A program made the translations under genes and the position numbers. From contig KZ538346.1 of assembly GCA_000934665.2 (NCBI GenBank), positions 1-64,000 on the forward strand: a stretch of DNA of 64,000 nucleotides, written 5' to 3'. Below, piece after piece: positions 63,104-64,000 of the stretch; position 1 is the stretch's first letter; every line of letters starts with the position of its first letter. The stretch is from Catajapyx aquilonaris (taxonomy: Eukaryota). The notes under the pieces are model-generated. The model did no database searches, had not been told where the DNA came from, and worked only from the letters and a program-made list of their open reading frames with translations.

Positions 63104-64000
63104 ACCCAAATGAGAAAGTTTGTATGCATGATAATGTTTGATTGTACATGGCAATGGGTTACCAGCATAGCTACGATGGTTGCCATGGTAACCCAGTTGC
63201 CGGGTAACCCTCGTTTTAAAAATAGTGATTCATAAAAATTCAGTTCGACAAAACGCACAAAATCCGGACACATACAGTAGCCTAGATTACCGGTGCTTGA
63301 CTTGCCGGTCCATTTGTGGTGCATTTGCCGAGTGTCCCTCATAGGGGATTTCAACGCCACCCTCAGACAAGGAAAGTAAAAAATATGCCTATATTTCCAC
63401 ATGAACATCATCATTCATAAGTTTTCTAAGTATTACCAACAAAAAATAACTCACAATGCTAATCAACATTCGAGAATTAATTACTAATCGTCTTCGGAAC
63501 GTGGAGGTGCAGCCATTATTTCCTGAGTTAAACTTCAAACACCTGTATCTTAAAAATCTGTAGCAATATTGAGCAGGTTTGAACTTGTATAGTTAGCTGG
63601 GACTCTACTGAAGCCCCCATCACTACTGCCAGCTCTTTAGCAGAAGAAGAACCTGCGCAAAAAATTAAAATGTAACAACTGTGCAGGTGTCCCCTATAGG
63701 GGACACTCGGCATATCTGGGTTAAAGAAATGTTGTGTAAAGTGGCAAGTGGGACACTGTGAAAGATAGAATAATAACTCGGAAGAAGTGGTTGGAATATT
63801 GCAAATGCAATTCGTAAAAAATTGCGAATGGCCACAGTAATCACTTGGAATTAAATTTCAATTTGAATTTTTATACCAATGTACATTTTGCCCTATTTTC
63901 AGAGTTGCATTTTGTTAACTAAAACGGACATTTAATAATGTCTGATGCTCGGTCTGATGATTGCACAGTGATAATAGAGTCCGGATTTTTAGGCATGGAA

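Noticed and set aside
1..64000. Prokaryotic systems (CRISPR arrays, operons, defence islands)
   Set aside because: Spliced eukaryotic genes throughout; no regularly spaced repeat-spacer array seen.

Overview
Eukaryotic, probably arthropod, genomic DNA: GT-AG introns (several only ~60 nt), tRNA-derived SINEs, many MITEs, and a few N-gaps next to poly-G/C runs. I can reconstruct eight protein-coding genes. In order: DCPS (+, 4 exons); a single-exon UBE3D/HECT_2-type ligase (+); a TMC7-like channel (+, 4 coding exons); RNASEH2C (-, 3 exons); COA4 (+, 2 exons, missed by the ORF track); single-exon PTRH2 (+); a multi-C2H2 zinc-finger gene (-); and the 5' part of DHTKD1 (+, runs off the window). 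The most striking architecture is two apparent dicistronic units, each an intron-containing gene followed within its last exon by an intronless ORF. UBE3D overlaps the DCPS stop codon on the same strand, and PTRH2 starts 11 nt after the COA4 stop; each pair has a single AATAAA after the second ORF. Two head-to-head promoter regions are also present. Intronic and intergenic DNA is rich in palindromic (foldback) transposon derivatives, nested insertions and inverted repeat pairs that bracket exons. Gene identities come from recalled protein motifs, not database searches.
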